64,000 nucleotides of DNA from an uncultured Thermoleophilia bacterium (GCA_963768285.1 CAVYHI010000017.1:75132-139131), one strand, 5' to 3'. Numbered from the stretch's first letter, positions 16,937 through 26,167 are shown. The notes: a model not told the origin generated them from the sequence alone. Made by a program: numbers and translations.

Positions 16937-16972
16937 GAGAACCCGCTGACGAGACGGGTTCTCGTCGTTCTT
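16937..16972 (+). terminator. intrinsic terminator directly after the encoded CCA
   Basis: GAGAACCCG-ctgacgaga-CGGGTTCTC: a perfect 9-bp stem followed by GTCGTTCTT. Confidence 0.65.
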
Positions 16973-17157
16973 GGGTCAGTCCCGCGCTGTGTTAAGACGT
17001 CCGCTCAAGACCGCTCGAAGCCGACTGAGAGCGTGTGTGACTGGGACACGACCGCGACACGGCGTGACAGCGCCTGGCGCGTATCTACGAACCGGTCTAG
17101 CGTCACGTCACCGGACTGAACCACCACCGTTCCGGCCAACCAGAGGAGTCACGCGCG

Positions 17158-17616
17158 ATGATCGAACTCGTCGACACAAACGACGCCCGCGCCGTCCGCA
17201 ACAAGGACGACATCCTTGCCTTCTATGACCTGATGATCAACCAGAAAAAGCCCGAGGAGGCCACCGCGAAGTACGTCAGCCCCGCCTATATCCAGCACAA
17301 CCCGCTCATCCCTGACGGCCCCGACGCGCTCGGAGGGTTCTTCGGACAGGTCGCCAAGGAGCGCGCTCGTCCCCGGATCGTGGTCCACCGCATCATCGCC
17401 GTCGACGACTACGTCTGGGCGCACGTGAACTTCCTCGGCCTGTTCGACGACGACCCCGACGACCAGGGGCTCGCAGGCGTCGATATCTACAAGATGGACG
17501 CCGACGGGATGGCGATCGAGCACTGGGACGCCCTCCAGCTGGTCGGCAGCGCGACCAACGCCGCCCCGTGGCTCATGCCCGACGTCCCCCGTGCCAACGC
17601 GAACGGGATGTTCTGA
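17158..17616 (+). CDS. SnoaL-like / NTF2-fold family protein
   Basis: Intact 152-aa ORF. ...NKDDILAFYDLMINQKKPEEATAKYVSPAYIQHNPLIPDGPDALGGFF...DIYKMDADGMAIEHWDALQ resembles the predicted SnoaL-like aldol-condensation enzyme family. Confidence 0.65.
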   Translation: MIELVDTNDARAVRNKDDILAFYDLMINQKKPEEATAKYVSPAYIQHNPLIPDGPDALGGFFGQVAKERARPRIVVHRIIAVDDYVWAHVNFLGLFDDDPDDQGLAGVDIYKMDADGMAIEHWDALQLVGSATNAAPWLMPDVPRANANGMF

Positions 17617-17747
17617 CCGCTGGAACCCGCGGACCGATACTCACGAGCGCCTTGCTCTTGCAAGCGTCCGCGACGAAATGGCCACGCCGCGCGCCGGCTT
17701 GCACGGTTCGTAGCGGCCAGACCCCACGGCTATGATGGCGGAAGTCT

Positions 17748-18584
17748 TTGAGGGAAGGCGCGTCTGCGTTGTCGTCGTCCGTGAGGCTTCGGACTCTCCT
17801 GGCTTGCCTGATCGCGCTGCTGGCTTTCGGCGCTGGGTTGGCGAGCGCCGATCCGACGCCAGGTGCCACCTACCCGCCTGGGGCTGTCACGTTCAATTCC
17901 GGTGGCTTGGCCGTGGTCTGGGGGCCGACCTCATCCCCTCTCTTCTCCGGTTTTGACGGGCAAGTTGGACTGATACGTGGCGCGGGCGATATCTACACCT
18001 GCGCGGCTTACCCACCCCCCAACTGCGGTTTGGCTGCTCAGTTGAATTGGTCGGACGTGCAACTGGCGGCAGCGCAAGCATCGTCGCAAGCGCCAACAGC
18101 ACTTGGCGGCCTTTGGGCATACCCAACACCAACTATCGATGTCTTCACGGTCCCTGGTACGTACGACTTCCAGATCGCCACTCCAGGCACATCAACGGCT
18201 CCCGACGTGGTCTGGGGGCCGGTGGAGACCTTCTCGATTCAGGCACCACAGCCACCGCCACCACCACCGCGTGCCGACTCGGCGACCAAGCTCACCTGTC
18301 CGAAGACCGCTCATCGAGGACGACGCTTCACCTGCCGGGTGACCGTGACCAACTGGGGTCCGGCGAACGCATCTGGGGTCAGCGTCCGGCTCGTCGCCAA
18401 CGGGAAGGCGCACGCCTGCTCGATCGGCACGCTGAACGCCGACTACTACTATCCCTGGTGCGCGTTCACGGTGTCTGAGGGCTCCCTTGGGAGACGGACC
18501 GTCGTGGCGACCGCGCGATCGAGCACGCCCGATCCGAATGCCCGCAACAACACAGCGAGCGTCCTGGTCAAGGTCACTCGCTGA
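17748..18584 (+). CDS. secreted protein with a C-terminal DUF11/CARDB-like beta-sandwich domain
   Basis: Signal peptide (LRTLLACLIALLAFGAGLASA). C-terminal ...FTCRVTVTNWGPANASGVSVRLVANG...DPNARNNTASVLVKV. Many A/T-ending codons, unlike the core genes. Confidence 0.55.
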   Translation: MREGASALSSSVRLRTLLACLIALLAFGAGLASADPTPGATYPPGAVTFNSGGLAVVWGPTSSPLFSGFDGQVGLIRGAGDIYTCAAYPPPNCGLAAQLNWSDVQLAAAQASSQAPTALGGLWAYPTPTIDVFTVPGTYDFQIATPGTSTAPDVVWGPVETFSIQAPQPPPPPPRADSATKLTCPKTAHRGRRFTCRVTVTNWGPANASGVSVRLVANGKAHACSIGTLNADYYYPWCAFTVSEGSLGRRTVVATARSSTPDPNARNNTASVLVKVTR

Positions 18585-18796
18585 GGCGACTGGCTCAGTT
18601 GGGGCGCGCTCATCGGGAGCTGACCACGAGGGGTGCCGCCGGGGGCTTCCGCGCCGTTCCGTGGTTGGTGCGCGGGGATCGCGGACCGCAGGCTACGCTC
18701 TACGGAGCGTTCCCGCTCCGGGATTCCCTCTGGGCGGCTGGAGGTGCAGTGTGAGACGGCGTCTACTTGCGTTGGTCGTCGGTGGCGTGACGCTCG

Positions 18797-19204
18797 CCCT
18801 GAGTCCTGCCGCTTCGCGCGCTCCAGATCGGCTATGTCGCGTTCGAGTTGAGCGATGGCCTCGTCCAGCACGTCCTGCGTAATGACATCCACACGCCGCA
18901 TCGGCGGCGCGTACAGGCCGAGAATCTTTGCCCGCTCCTGGATGATGCGGAGGTTGGCGTTGATCGCCTGCATGGCAGGACCGTGATCGCTCACCGGTTC
19001 GCCGTCGTGCATGACCACTCGGCCGCCGTTGGTGATCCGGAAGTGGTCCTGCTCGATCACCTCATGCAGATAGCGAGCCATGAAGTCGAGTTCGTCTAGG
19101 ACCAGCTGCTGCACGTCGGCGACCGCTTCGGCGGGGATCGTCTTGGCGTGGCGCTCGACTGCCTCTACTACGCGGGGCTGCTTTTGACCGGCACGCGTGC
19201 GGAC
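18797..19204 (-). pseudogene. phage-type remnant resembling a terminase small subunit, with no credible start or stop
   Basis: The frame reads ...VVEAVERHAKTIPAEAVADVQQLVLDELDFMARYLHEVIEQDHFRITNGGRVVMHDGEPVSDHGPAMQAINANLRIIQERAKILGLYAPPMRRVDV...LERDIADLERAK. The ...ERAKILGLYAP block is the typical small-terminase signature. The rest of ORF 18449-19114 overlaps the convergent gene and looks non-coding. Confidence 0.35.
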
Positions 19205-19353
19205 TCACCCGATTGTGGATCGCGCGCGGTTGCCGTCCGCGATGCGTTCCTTGTCGCTCACAGTGGCCGCCGGCGATCGGCATCGTTGACGAGTTCTAGG
19301 GGACGAAGGGGGCGGGTGAGGGCGCCGATAAGCCGGTCGCCCCCACACGAGCT

Positions 19354-20091
19354 CTAGGCCTCGGCTGCAGCGAAGCTCACCCGGCCGCCGGTAATGATCG
19401 CGATTCGCTGAGCTCGCTCGGCAACGTTGCTGTCGTGGGTGACGACCACGAGTGTCAGACCGCGGTCTTGCCAGAGACCTTCGAGTGTGCCAACGATCTC
19501 ATCGCGCGTATGTTCGTCGAGGTTGCCAGTGGGCTCATCGGCCAGGAGCACCTTTGGGTTCTTGACCAGCGCCCGCGCGATGCCGACGCGCTGCTGCTGG
19601 CCGCCAGAGAGCTCTGACGGCAGGTGCCCGCATCGATCCGCAAGCCCGAGCTCCGCAAGCGCTTGTTGCGCACGATCCCGACGTTCCTGCGCCGAGATCC
19701 CGAGCGGGACCAGTGCGACCTCCACATTCTCTTGGGCGGTCAGAGTCGGGATCAGGTTGAACGATTGGAACACGATCCCGAAGGCGCGCGCACGAAGATC
19801 GGCCAACTCGTTCTCGCCGAGCGATGCGAGGTCCTCACCTTCGAACACGACGCGGCCATCGGTCGGCCGATCAAGGCACCCGAGCAGTGAGAGCAGCGTG
19901 GACTTGCCTTGTCCGGTGGGTCCCTGAATTGCCAGGAATTCACCTTCGTCGATCTCGAGATCAACCCCGTCGAGCGCGCGGATCGTCTCGCCGTTCTTGG
20001 TGAAGTACTTGCGGACGCCAGTAAGCGCAAACATCGGCTTGTGATCCTCTCGTGTATCGAGGCCGGGAATATGAGCGTTGGTCGCGTCCAT
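19354..20091 (-). CDS. ABC transporter ATP-binding protein (MacB/LolD-type)
   Basis: Walker A GPTGQGKSTLLSL, signature LSGGQQQRVGIARAL, Walker B LLADEPTGNLD. An alternative start at 20034 has a better SD (GAGAGGA). Confidence 0.9.
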   Translation of the reverse strand: MDATNAHIPGLDTREDHKPMFALTGVRKYFTKNGETIRALDGVDLEIDEGEFLAIQGPTGQGKSTLLSLLGCLDRPTDGRVVFEGEDLASLGENELADLRARAFGIVFQSFNLIPTLTAQENVEVALVPLGISAQERRDRAQQALAELGLADRCGHLPSELSGGQQQRVGIARALVKNPKVLLADEPTGNLDEHTRDEIVGTLEGLWQDRGLTLVVVTHDSNVAERAQRIAIITGGRVSFAAAEA

Positions 20092-20093
20092 CG

Positions 20094-21503
20094 TTATTCA
20101 ACCCTCCTCAGTGCCGCGGCGGGGCGCAGGCGTGCTGCGCGCCATGAGCCGAAGGCTCCGGCAATCAGGCCGCCGGTGATGGCCAAGATGACCGCGAGCG
20201 CCACCGTGCCGCCTTGGAGGGGAGCGTCCAGTCCAACCGCGACCGAATGTGTCAGTGCCGCGGCGGTGCGGCCGCCGCCTCCGAAGGCGAATCCTCCGCC
20301 CCCTCCGCTAGCAAACGACGGTCCGATCGTCGCACTCAGGCTCGGCGCGATTGCTGAGATCACCGCGGAGCCGATTACCCCCAGCGCGATGCCAGCGACG
20401 CCGCCGATCAGACCGATGGCGACACCTTCGCCCATGACCTGTCCGACCACGCGCCGCGTCCGCCATCCGACCGCCTTGAGCGTGCCGAACTCTCGCACGC
20501 GGCGCGAGACGGCGGCCATCATGAGCAACCCAGAAATCAGGAATGCGACGGCAAGCGCGGCGACCGATAGCCACGTCCCAAGACTCGTGGCGAGCTTGGA
20601 TACGCTCGACAGCGAGCCGGAAACCTCATTGGCGAGGGTCGCCGAGGTTGAGACGGTTGAGCCTGGTATCGCCGTCTGGATCGAGGAGGCCAGCGATGAG
20701 ACGTCAGACGCACTCGTGGCGCTAACGAAGATCGTTGTGACATCACCTGAGAGACTCGCCAGCGACTGGGCCGTCCCCAGCGGGATGTAGACGTCGGCTA
20801 AGTTTGCCGACACCTGACCGATGCCAATCACCGACATGCTCGTCCCTGCGACGTTGATCTTCGAGCCGACGGTGAGTTTGTTCTGGCTCGCGTACGAGGA
20901 ACTCACAATTGCGACATCTGCCGTGTTCTCGGTCGCGGCGAAGTACCGACCACTCGTGATCTGAGACGGAGTCAGTGGCCCGACGGCCGACTGCGATATC
21001 TGCAGTCCATCGACGCTGAACGAGTTGACGTTAAACGAGGGGCTCGAACCCGATGAGGTCCCCCCGCCGCCAAAACCGCCACCGCTCGGCGCGCTCGGGA
21101 TGGTTCCGGAGAACGAGATGTCGCTGAGCTGAAGCGCGCCGACGGCTGCAGACGCGTGCGGGAGGGCAGCAACCTTGGCAACATCGGAGGCGGGGAGGGT
21201 CGTCTGGCCCGGCGTCGGCCGCAGCGTGTTGCGCGAGATCTGCCGCGTGCCGCTGCCGCTCCCTGAGCCGAATCCACCGAGCCGGAGGCCGCCGCCGCTT
21301 CCAGGCGTGACGGACTTGGTCACCGTGATATCCGTGCCGACGCCATAGAGATTATGCAGCACACTCGTCTGCGCGGTCTTCACGCCCGCTGTTGCATCCG
21401 ACACAGTGATCACGAGGCCAATGCCGATCGCGAGCCCCAACGCGATCACGATCGCCTGCTTGCTGCGTCGCTGAAGCTCGCGGCGCAAATAGAGAAAAAA
21501 CAT
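20094..21503 (-). CDS. ABC transporter permease, FtsX/MacB-type with a large extracytoplasmic domain
   Basis: Start ATG 21503 (MFFLYLRRELQRR...) with GGAG upstream. C-terminal FtsX block: VSRRVREFGTLKAVGWRTRRVVGQVMGEGVAIGLIGGVAGIALG. The upstream 125 codons of ORF 20094-21878 look non-coding. Confidence 0.85.
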   Translation of the reverse strand: MFFLYLRRELQRRSKQAIVIALGLAIGIGLVITVSDATAGVKTAQTSVLHNLYGVGTDITVTKSVTPGSGGGLRLGGFGSGSGSGTRQISRNTLRPTPGQTTLPASDVAKVAALPHASAAVGALQLSDISFSGTIPSAPSGGGFGGGGTSSGSSPSFNVNSFSVDGLQISQSAVGPLTPSQITSGRYFAATENTADVAIVSSSYASQNKLTVGSKINVAGTSMSVIGIGQVSANLADVYIPLGTAQSLASLSGDVTTIFVSATSASDVSSLASSIQTAIPGSTVSTSATLANEVSGSLSSVSKLATSLGTWLSVAALAVAFLISGLLMMAAVSRRVREFGTLKAVGWRTRRVVGQVMGEGVAIGLIGGVAGIALGVIGSAVISAIAPSLSATIGPSFASGGGGGFAFGGGGRTAAALTHSVAVGLDAPLQGGTVALAVILAITGGLIAGAFGSWRAARLRPAAALRRVE

Positions 21504-21693
21504 CTCAACTCCGGGGTTGGGTTTCCGATTGAGGCCGATCTGGTGGCGACCGTAGGATGGTTTCCTGTGAACGCGCTGAAGAATTGGCGAACGTTTGACG
21601 TGGCCCAGCCAACTCGGCGAGCAGGCTCCTGGGCGATGGCGGCGGGTGTTCGCCGATTCGGCTTGGCGGTAGGGCTGAAACCGCGCGCAGTCG

Positions 21694-21725
21694 CGGTCTG
21701 AGGGCTCGGCCGAGCCCTCAGACCG
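21694..21725. repeat. 32-bp perfect palindrome CGGTCTGAGGGCTCGGCCGAGCCCTCAGACCG
   Basis: Exact dyad symmetry read directly from the sequence. It lies in the divergent intergenic region between the MacB-type operon and the lipoprotein/response-regulator genes. Confidence 0.9.
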
Positions 21726-22051
21726 GCTTCGCTCTGCCTTAACAGGGTCTTCAGCCTCTTCATATGCGACGCCAGTTTCCTCCCGCCCAAGGATCCAGCG
21801 TGCGTTGTCAGGCGGCGTCGAACCCGTGTCCTCGGAAGTCTTTCGACGTGGACGATCGCCCCTGACTACGCGACACAAGGAGATGGCGTGCTCTACGCGA
21901 GCGACGTGTTTAAGAAGTTGCGGCGGCGTACGGGTCGGAGGCTACTGGCGGCTCTTGGTCTCGAGCCAGTGTCCCCTCGATCAGCGCGCTATCGATTGGC
22001 CTCGACAGCGCGCGGGCGCAAGTCCTCAGGCCGCTCACCAGAGTCGGAATC

Positions 22052-22432
22052 ATGGCGACGTCCACACGCCCAGTGCCGCGCAAGCCAACCCAGCACGACT
22101 TGGGTTTCCAAGGCTGTGGGTGCATGCATCGTCAGCGCGATGTGCGTTGTGCTTGCGGCGTGTGGGAGTAGCGGATCCGTGACTTCCAACCCGTCAGGGC
22201 CGTCGGCGGGCGGCTCCGGCCTATCTTCGGGCCAGATGGCGAAGTTCACCCAATGTCTCCGCGATCACGGGGTCACGATACCCACGTCGCCCGGGAATTC
22301 GCCGCCCTCACAGTCGGGCCAGATCAGCTCGTCGCTGACCGCCGCATTCGCGGCGTGTCGGAGTCTCATGCCGGCGGGGGGGCCACAGGGCGCGCCGGGG
22401 GGGCACAGGGTGCGCCGGGGGGGTCAGGATAG
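22052..22432 (+). pseudogene. small Gly/Ser/Pro-rich lipoprotein (limits uncertain, probable frame breaks)
   Basis: Lipobox-type signal ...CIVSAMCVVLAACGSSGS, then AKFTQCLRDHGVTIP...AAFAACRSLMP. ATG 22052 is in a neighbouring frame. A G7-run repeat at the 3' end allows a stop at 22430-22432 if one G is removed. Confidence 0.4.
22371..22428 (+). repeat. imperfect 20-24-nt tandem repeat carrying three G7 homopolymers
   Basis: CCGGCGGGGGGGCCACAGGGCGCG / CCGGGGGGGCACAGGGTGCG / CCGGGGGGGTCAGG. G7 runs at 22376-22382, 22397-22403 and 22417-22423. Confidence 0.85.
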
Positions 22433-22529
22433 CCTTGACGGACGCACTCCGATTGCCCGTGGCAAGCAGACCGGCCGGTGCGCCGATCGGGATCTGGTGC
22501 GGTACGTCGCCGACGCGTGAGATCGCCGC

Positions 22530-23216
22530 GTGACGCCGCGCGAACGAGTCCTTCTGGTCGACAACGACTCTCATATGCTCGAGGCCCTTGAGCGCACTCT
22601 CACGATCAGGGGCCTCGAAATATCGACTGCCGAGTGCGGCACGCAGGCATTGGAGTCTGTTCGTCGTCGAATGTACGACGCCATCGTGATGGACGTCCAC
22701 TTGCCCGACATCGACGGACTCGAGGTGTGCCGGCGGCTCCGAGATGGAGGGGATCAAACGCCAATCCTCATACTGACCGTGCGCGACGGGGTACAGGACC
22801 GCGTTCGAGGTCTTGCCGTCGGGGCAGACGATTACCTCGTCAGACCCTTTGCCCTCGACGAGCTGGTGATGCGCATTCGCGCTCTCATTCGCCGGGCCGA
22901 CCTCGAAGGGCGCGTGGGTATGCTCCAATTCGCGGACTTGGTCTTGGACCCTGTCAGCGTTCAGGTGTGGCGGCGCGGGCGATTGGTGGAGCTGACCGTG
23001 ATCGAGTTCCGTATCTTGAAGCTGCTCATGCGAAATCCCGGTCGCGTGATTCCTCGAGAGATGATCATCGAGCAGACGTGGGGCACGGAACCCAGTCTGG
23101 CTTCAAACTCGCTTACCGTTCATGTCAGTAGGCTCCGACGCAAGACTGAAAGTGATGGAGCCGGTCGACTACTCCATACGGTCTATGGCGTCGGCTACGT
23201 ACTGCGGGAGTCGTAA
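22530..23216 (+). CDS. OmpR/PhoB-family response regulator (no cognate kinase gene nearby)
   Basis: Receiver domain (LLVDNDSHML..., VMDVHLPDIDGLEVCRRL, GADDYLVRPF) and winged helix (LTVIEFRILKLLMRNPGRV, VYGVGYVL). Confidence 0.9.
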   Translation: MTPRERVLLVDNDSHMLEALERTLTIRGLEISTAECGTQALESVRRRMYDAIVMDVHLPDIDGLEVCRRLRDGGDQTPILILTVRDGVQDRVRGLAVGADDYLVRPFALDELVMRIRALIRRADLEGRVGMLQFADLVLDPVSVQVWRRGRLVELTVIEFRILKLLMRNPGRVIPREMIIEQTWGTEPSLASNSLTVHVSRLRRKTESDGAGRLLHTVYGVGYVLRES

Positions 23217-23595
23217 CGCCTACACTCCGAGAGCAGCACGCGCTCGCCTGCTTCGTCGTGACGGTCAGAGTCGCCGTGGTCTCGGTTCCTGGATACACGA
23301 TGATCCAAAGCTAATTGCAGAGTCGGAGTTCGTGATCGGCTCTGAGGCCGACGCTCGCGCACCCGCAAGCGCATTGGCCAACGACCTGCGTGCCTGCGAC
23401 TTCTGCGACGACGGCATCTGGATTGTCGAATGGCCCTTGTGCGAGGATCGCCAGAAGCACATTCCGCTCTGCATCAGGACGCCCGGCGTCCTTCCGGCGA
23501 TCCGGCGGGTGCTCGCGGTCGGTGCTCGCGCGGACCGGAAATGACCTCTTTGCGCTCGGAGCGGCCGCAGCAACGTGCGGCCATGGTGCCCCTTG

Positions 23596-25033
23596 TCAGC
23601 GCGCCGGCTGTCCCGCGAAGAGCTGCCCGTACTGCACCAGGTGCCGGTCCCCAAGGTATTCGTCGACGACCCGCGCCTGCGCGCGCCGACCGAGTCGCTC
23701 GGCTTCGCCGCGGTCCCTGAGCAATGACGACACCGCACGCCCGAAACCCACGAGGTCACTCGGGTCATCCAGCAGCAGGCCGTTCTCGCCGTCGGTGAGC
23801 TGGTCGACGATGCCGCCGACCGCACTCGCGACGATGGGCCGTGCTTTCCACATCGCCTCCGTGACGGTGAGGCCGAACCCCTCGGCGAGACTCTTCTGCA
23901 CGACGACACTCGCGTGCCGCTGGAGCGCGTTGACAATCGACGCTTGCTCATCCGGATCGGCCATGGGCAAGCACGCGAGGTGCACACGGCTGCGCTCGGA
24001 GTGGGGCAGCCGCACGCCACCGGACGATGCAGGCCTCGAGCACCTCGTGCGCCCCAGGGTCGTCGGCCACCCCCGTCACGATCGGGCCGGCGAGCACCAG
24101 GTGAGCGTTGAGCTCCGGGTCGACATACTCGGCGAAGCCCGTCATCACGCCCTCCATGTCCTTAAGGCGGTCCCAGCGCGACACCTGGATCACCAGCGGG
24201 GCATTTGGCGGGGGTGGTGGCCCGGTCTGAAGGATGTCCGCGTGCCGGTTGATCCGGCCGGGCGACCCGTCGCGACGCGAGAACGGTACGTCCGGTGGCC
24301 GCCCGCCGTCGCCAAGGAGCCCGACGTACCCCAAGGTCAGGCGCACGGCACGCCGTGACATCGGTTGGTTCTTGGGGGCGAAGGGATCGATCGAGGGCGG
24401 GATCGTCACCACTTGCCCATCCTCCGCCCACGGCGGTGCGAATGCCGCCCGGGACACGATGTAGGTCTCGACCCCGTCGAGATATCGACGCAGGAAGTCC
24501 CAGGCGCGCGCGGTCCATTCGTTCGGCGTGTCGGACCCAACATGGCATCTCCACATGACGCGCGCACCAGCCGCGGTGAGCGCGGGCGCGAGGCCCGCCG
24601 GCTGGGGATCATGGAGCAAGACGACGTCCCCCGGCCGCACAAGCGCCAGTGCCTCAGTGGCATTCTCGTGCAGCACGCGTTCGTAGTGACGACGCTCCCG
24701 CTCGCCGAGGGGTCCACCGTCGCCGGGTCCGCCGTAGAGCCCGTTGTGCAGTCGCTTGGTGATCTCGAAGAAGGCGTGGTCTCCCTGGATCACAACCCAC
24801 CGCGCATCGACGCCGGCACCGCGCACGTACGCGAGGAGCGAGACCAGCATCTCCGCGACCCCGCCGCCCGCGGCCGCCGAGTTGATGTTGAGCAGGGTTC
24901 GCCCGGCGAGCGCCGCTTGCGCGGACTCGGCGACCTCCTCCAACCGCGCCATTCGTTCGTCGCCGATCAGCGGTGCCAGACGCGCGATGTCCATCGCCTG
25001 GACCGGCACCTCCTGCAGTCGGGCATACGGCAT
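23596..25033 (-). pseudogene. treT: TreT-like trehalose synthase (GT4 glycosyltransferase), one frame break near 24020
   Basis: LLNINSAAAGGGVAEML, FFEITKRLHN, LHDPQPAGL, WRCHVG, PPSIDPF and VIQVSRWDRLKD in ORF 23948-25066. The C-terminus EGFGLTVTEAMWKARPIVASAVGGI is in ORF 23596-24015. The motif order matches archaeal/bacterial TreT. Confidence 0.75.
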
Positions 25034-25249
25034 TCCCACGTCCGCGTCGGTTTCCGAGGCGCACATAGGGTACCGCCTCGGAGCCCTCGGTCAGCGACGC
25101 GGGCGTCGCCGGATGGGCGCGACGGCCGCGCGGCGGGCCCGATCCCACCGTTGGGCTCACGGCCGCGGTCGCGGCGAGTTTGTGCCAAAGTCACTTCGAT
25201 GGGCGTCCGGTGGATCGTCGCGCGGACAAGGCGCGCGCCTGAGCGAGTA

Positions 25250-26167
25250 ATGACGCGCGCGGCCGTGGTGCTGATGCTCGTCGTCGTCGGGCTCGGCGTC
25301 GCAACGGCCGGCGGCCGGTGGGCGACCGGTGCCGCGACGGCCCTACGGGCCTCCTCGGGCTCGCACATCGTCGTGATCGTGATGGAGAACAAGGAAAGCG
25401 GCGACGTGCTGGGCAACGCCGAGTCGCCCTATCTCAACGCGCTCGCGCGGCATTACGGGGTTGCGACCCAGAGCTTCGCCGTCGGGCATCCCTCACTGCC
25501 GAACTATCTCGCGCTCACGAGCGGTTCGACGCACGGCATCCGTAGCGACTGCACGAACTGCAGCGTCCGTGCCCCGAACATCGTGGACCAGCTAACGAGC
25601 GCCGGCATCCCCTGGAGGGCCTACCTCGAGGGCTACCCCGGGCGGTGCTTTGCCGGGGCCGGGAGCGGCGGCTACGCACGCAAGCACAACCCGTTCATCT
25701 ACTACCGGGACATCGCCGACAATCCGGCGCGCTGCAGGAATCTCGTCGGCTTCGGCGCCCTCACCGCCGACCTGCGCGCGGGTCGGCTGCCAACGTACGC
25801 CTGGATCACGCCGAATCTCTGCGATGACACGCACGACTGCGGCATCGCCTTGGGCGATCGCTTCCTCGCCCGCACCGTGCCATCGCTGCTGCGGGAGATC
25901 GGCCCCCACGGATTCCTGGTCGTCACCTGGGATGAAGGCAGCACCAACCGGGGATGCTGCGGCGGCGTGGCCCACGGCGGCCATATCGCGACGGTCGTCG
26001 CGGGTCCCGACGTGATCGCGGGGTCACGCTCGAGCGCGACGATCGACCACTATGGCGTTCTCGCGACGATCGAGCGGGCGCTTGCCCTGCCGCTGCTCGG
26101 GGCGGCGGCGGATCCGCGCAGCGGGCGCCTGGACCCGCTGTTCCGACGGCCGCCGCGAATCCGATGA
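25250..26167 (+). CDS. secreted phosphoesterase-family protein (acid phosphatase / phospholipase C-like)
   Basis: Start MTRAAVVLMLVVVGLGVATA (signal/anchor), then HIVVIVMENKESG, PNYLALTSGST and WITPNLCDDTHD. The upstream part of ORF 24365-26167 is antisense to treT. Confidence 0.75.
   Translation: MTRAAVVLMLVVVGLGVATAGGRWATGAATALRASSGSHIVVIVMENKESGDVLGNAESPYLNALARHYGVATQSFAVGHPSLPNYLALTSGSTHGIRSDCTNCSVRAPNIVDQLTSAGIPWRAYLEGYPGRCFAGAGSGGYARKHNPFIYYRDIADNPARCRNLVGFGALTADLRAGRLPTYAWITPNLCDDTHDCGIALGDRFLARTVPSLLREIGPHGFLVVTWDEGSTNRGCCGGVAHGGHIATVVAGPDVIAGSRSSATIDHYGVLATIERALALPLLGAAADPRSGRLDPLFRRPPRIR

Noticed and set aside
21504-21878. Upstream extension of the MacB-type permease ORF
   Set aside because: There is no hydrophobic or conserved content before MFFLYLRRELQRR, and an SD precedes ATG 21503.
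23122-23544. 140-aa ORF with a Cys-rich tail (ACDFCDDGIWIVEWPLCEDRQKHIPLC)
   Set aside because: Its 5' half overlaps the response-regulator 3' end in another frame. No start with a usable SD precedes the Cys-rich part. It is left unannotated, though a small zinc-binding protein cannot be excluded.
24365-25249. N-terminal 295 codons of the 600-aa ORF 24365-26167
   Set aside because: This part is antisense to the TreT-like gene and shows no family signal. The phosphoesterase clearly starts at the signal peptide (ATG 25250).
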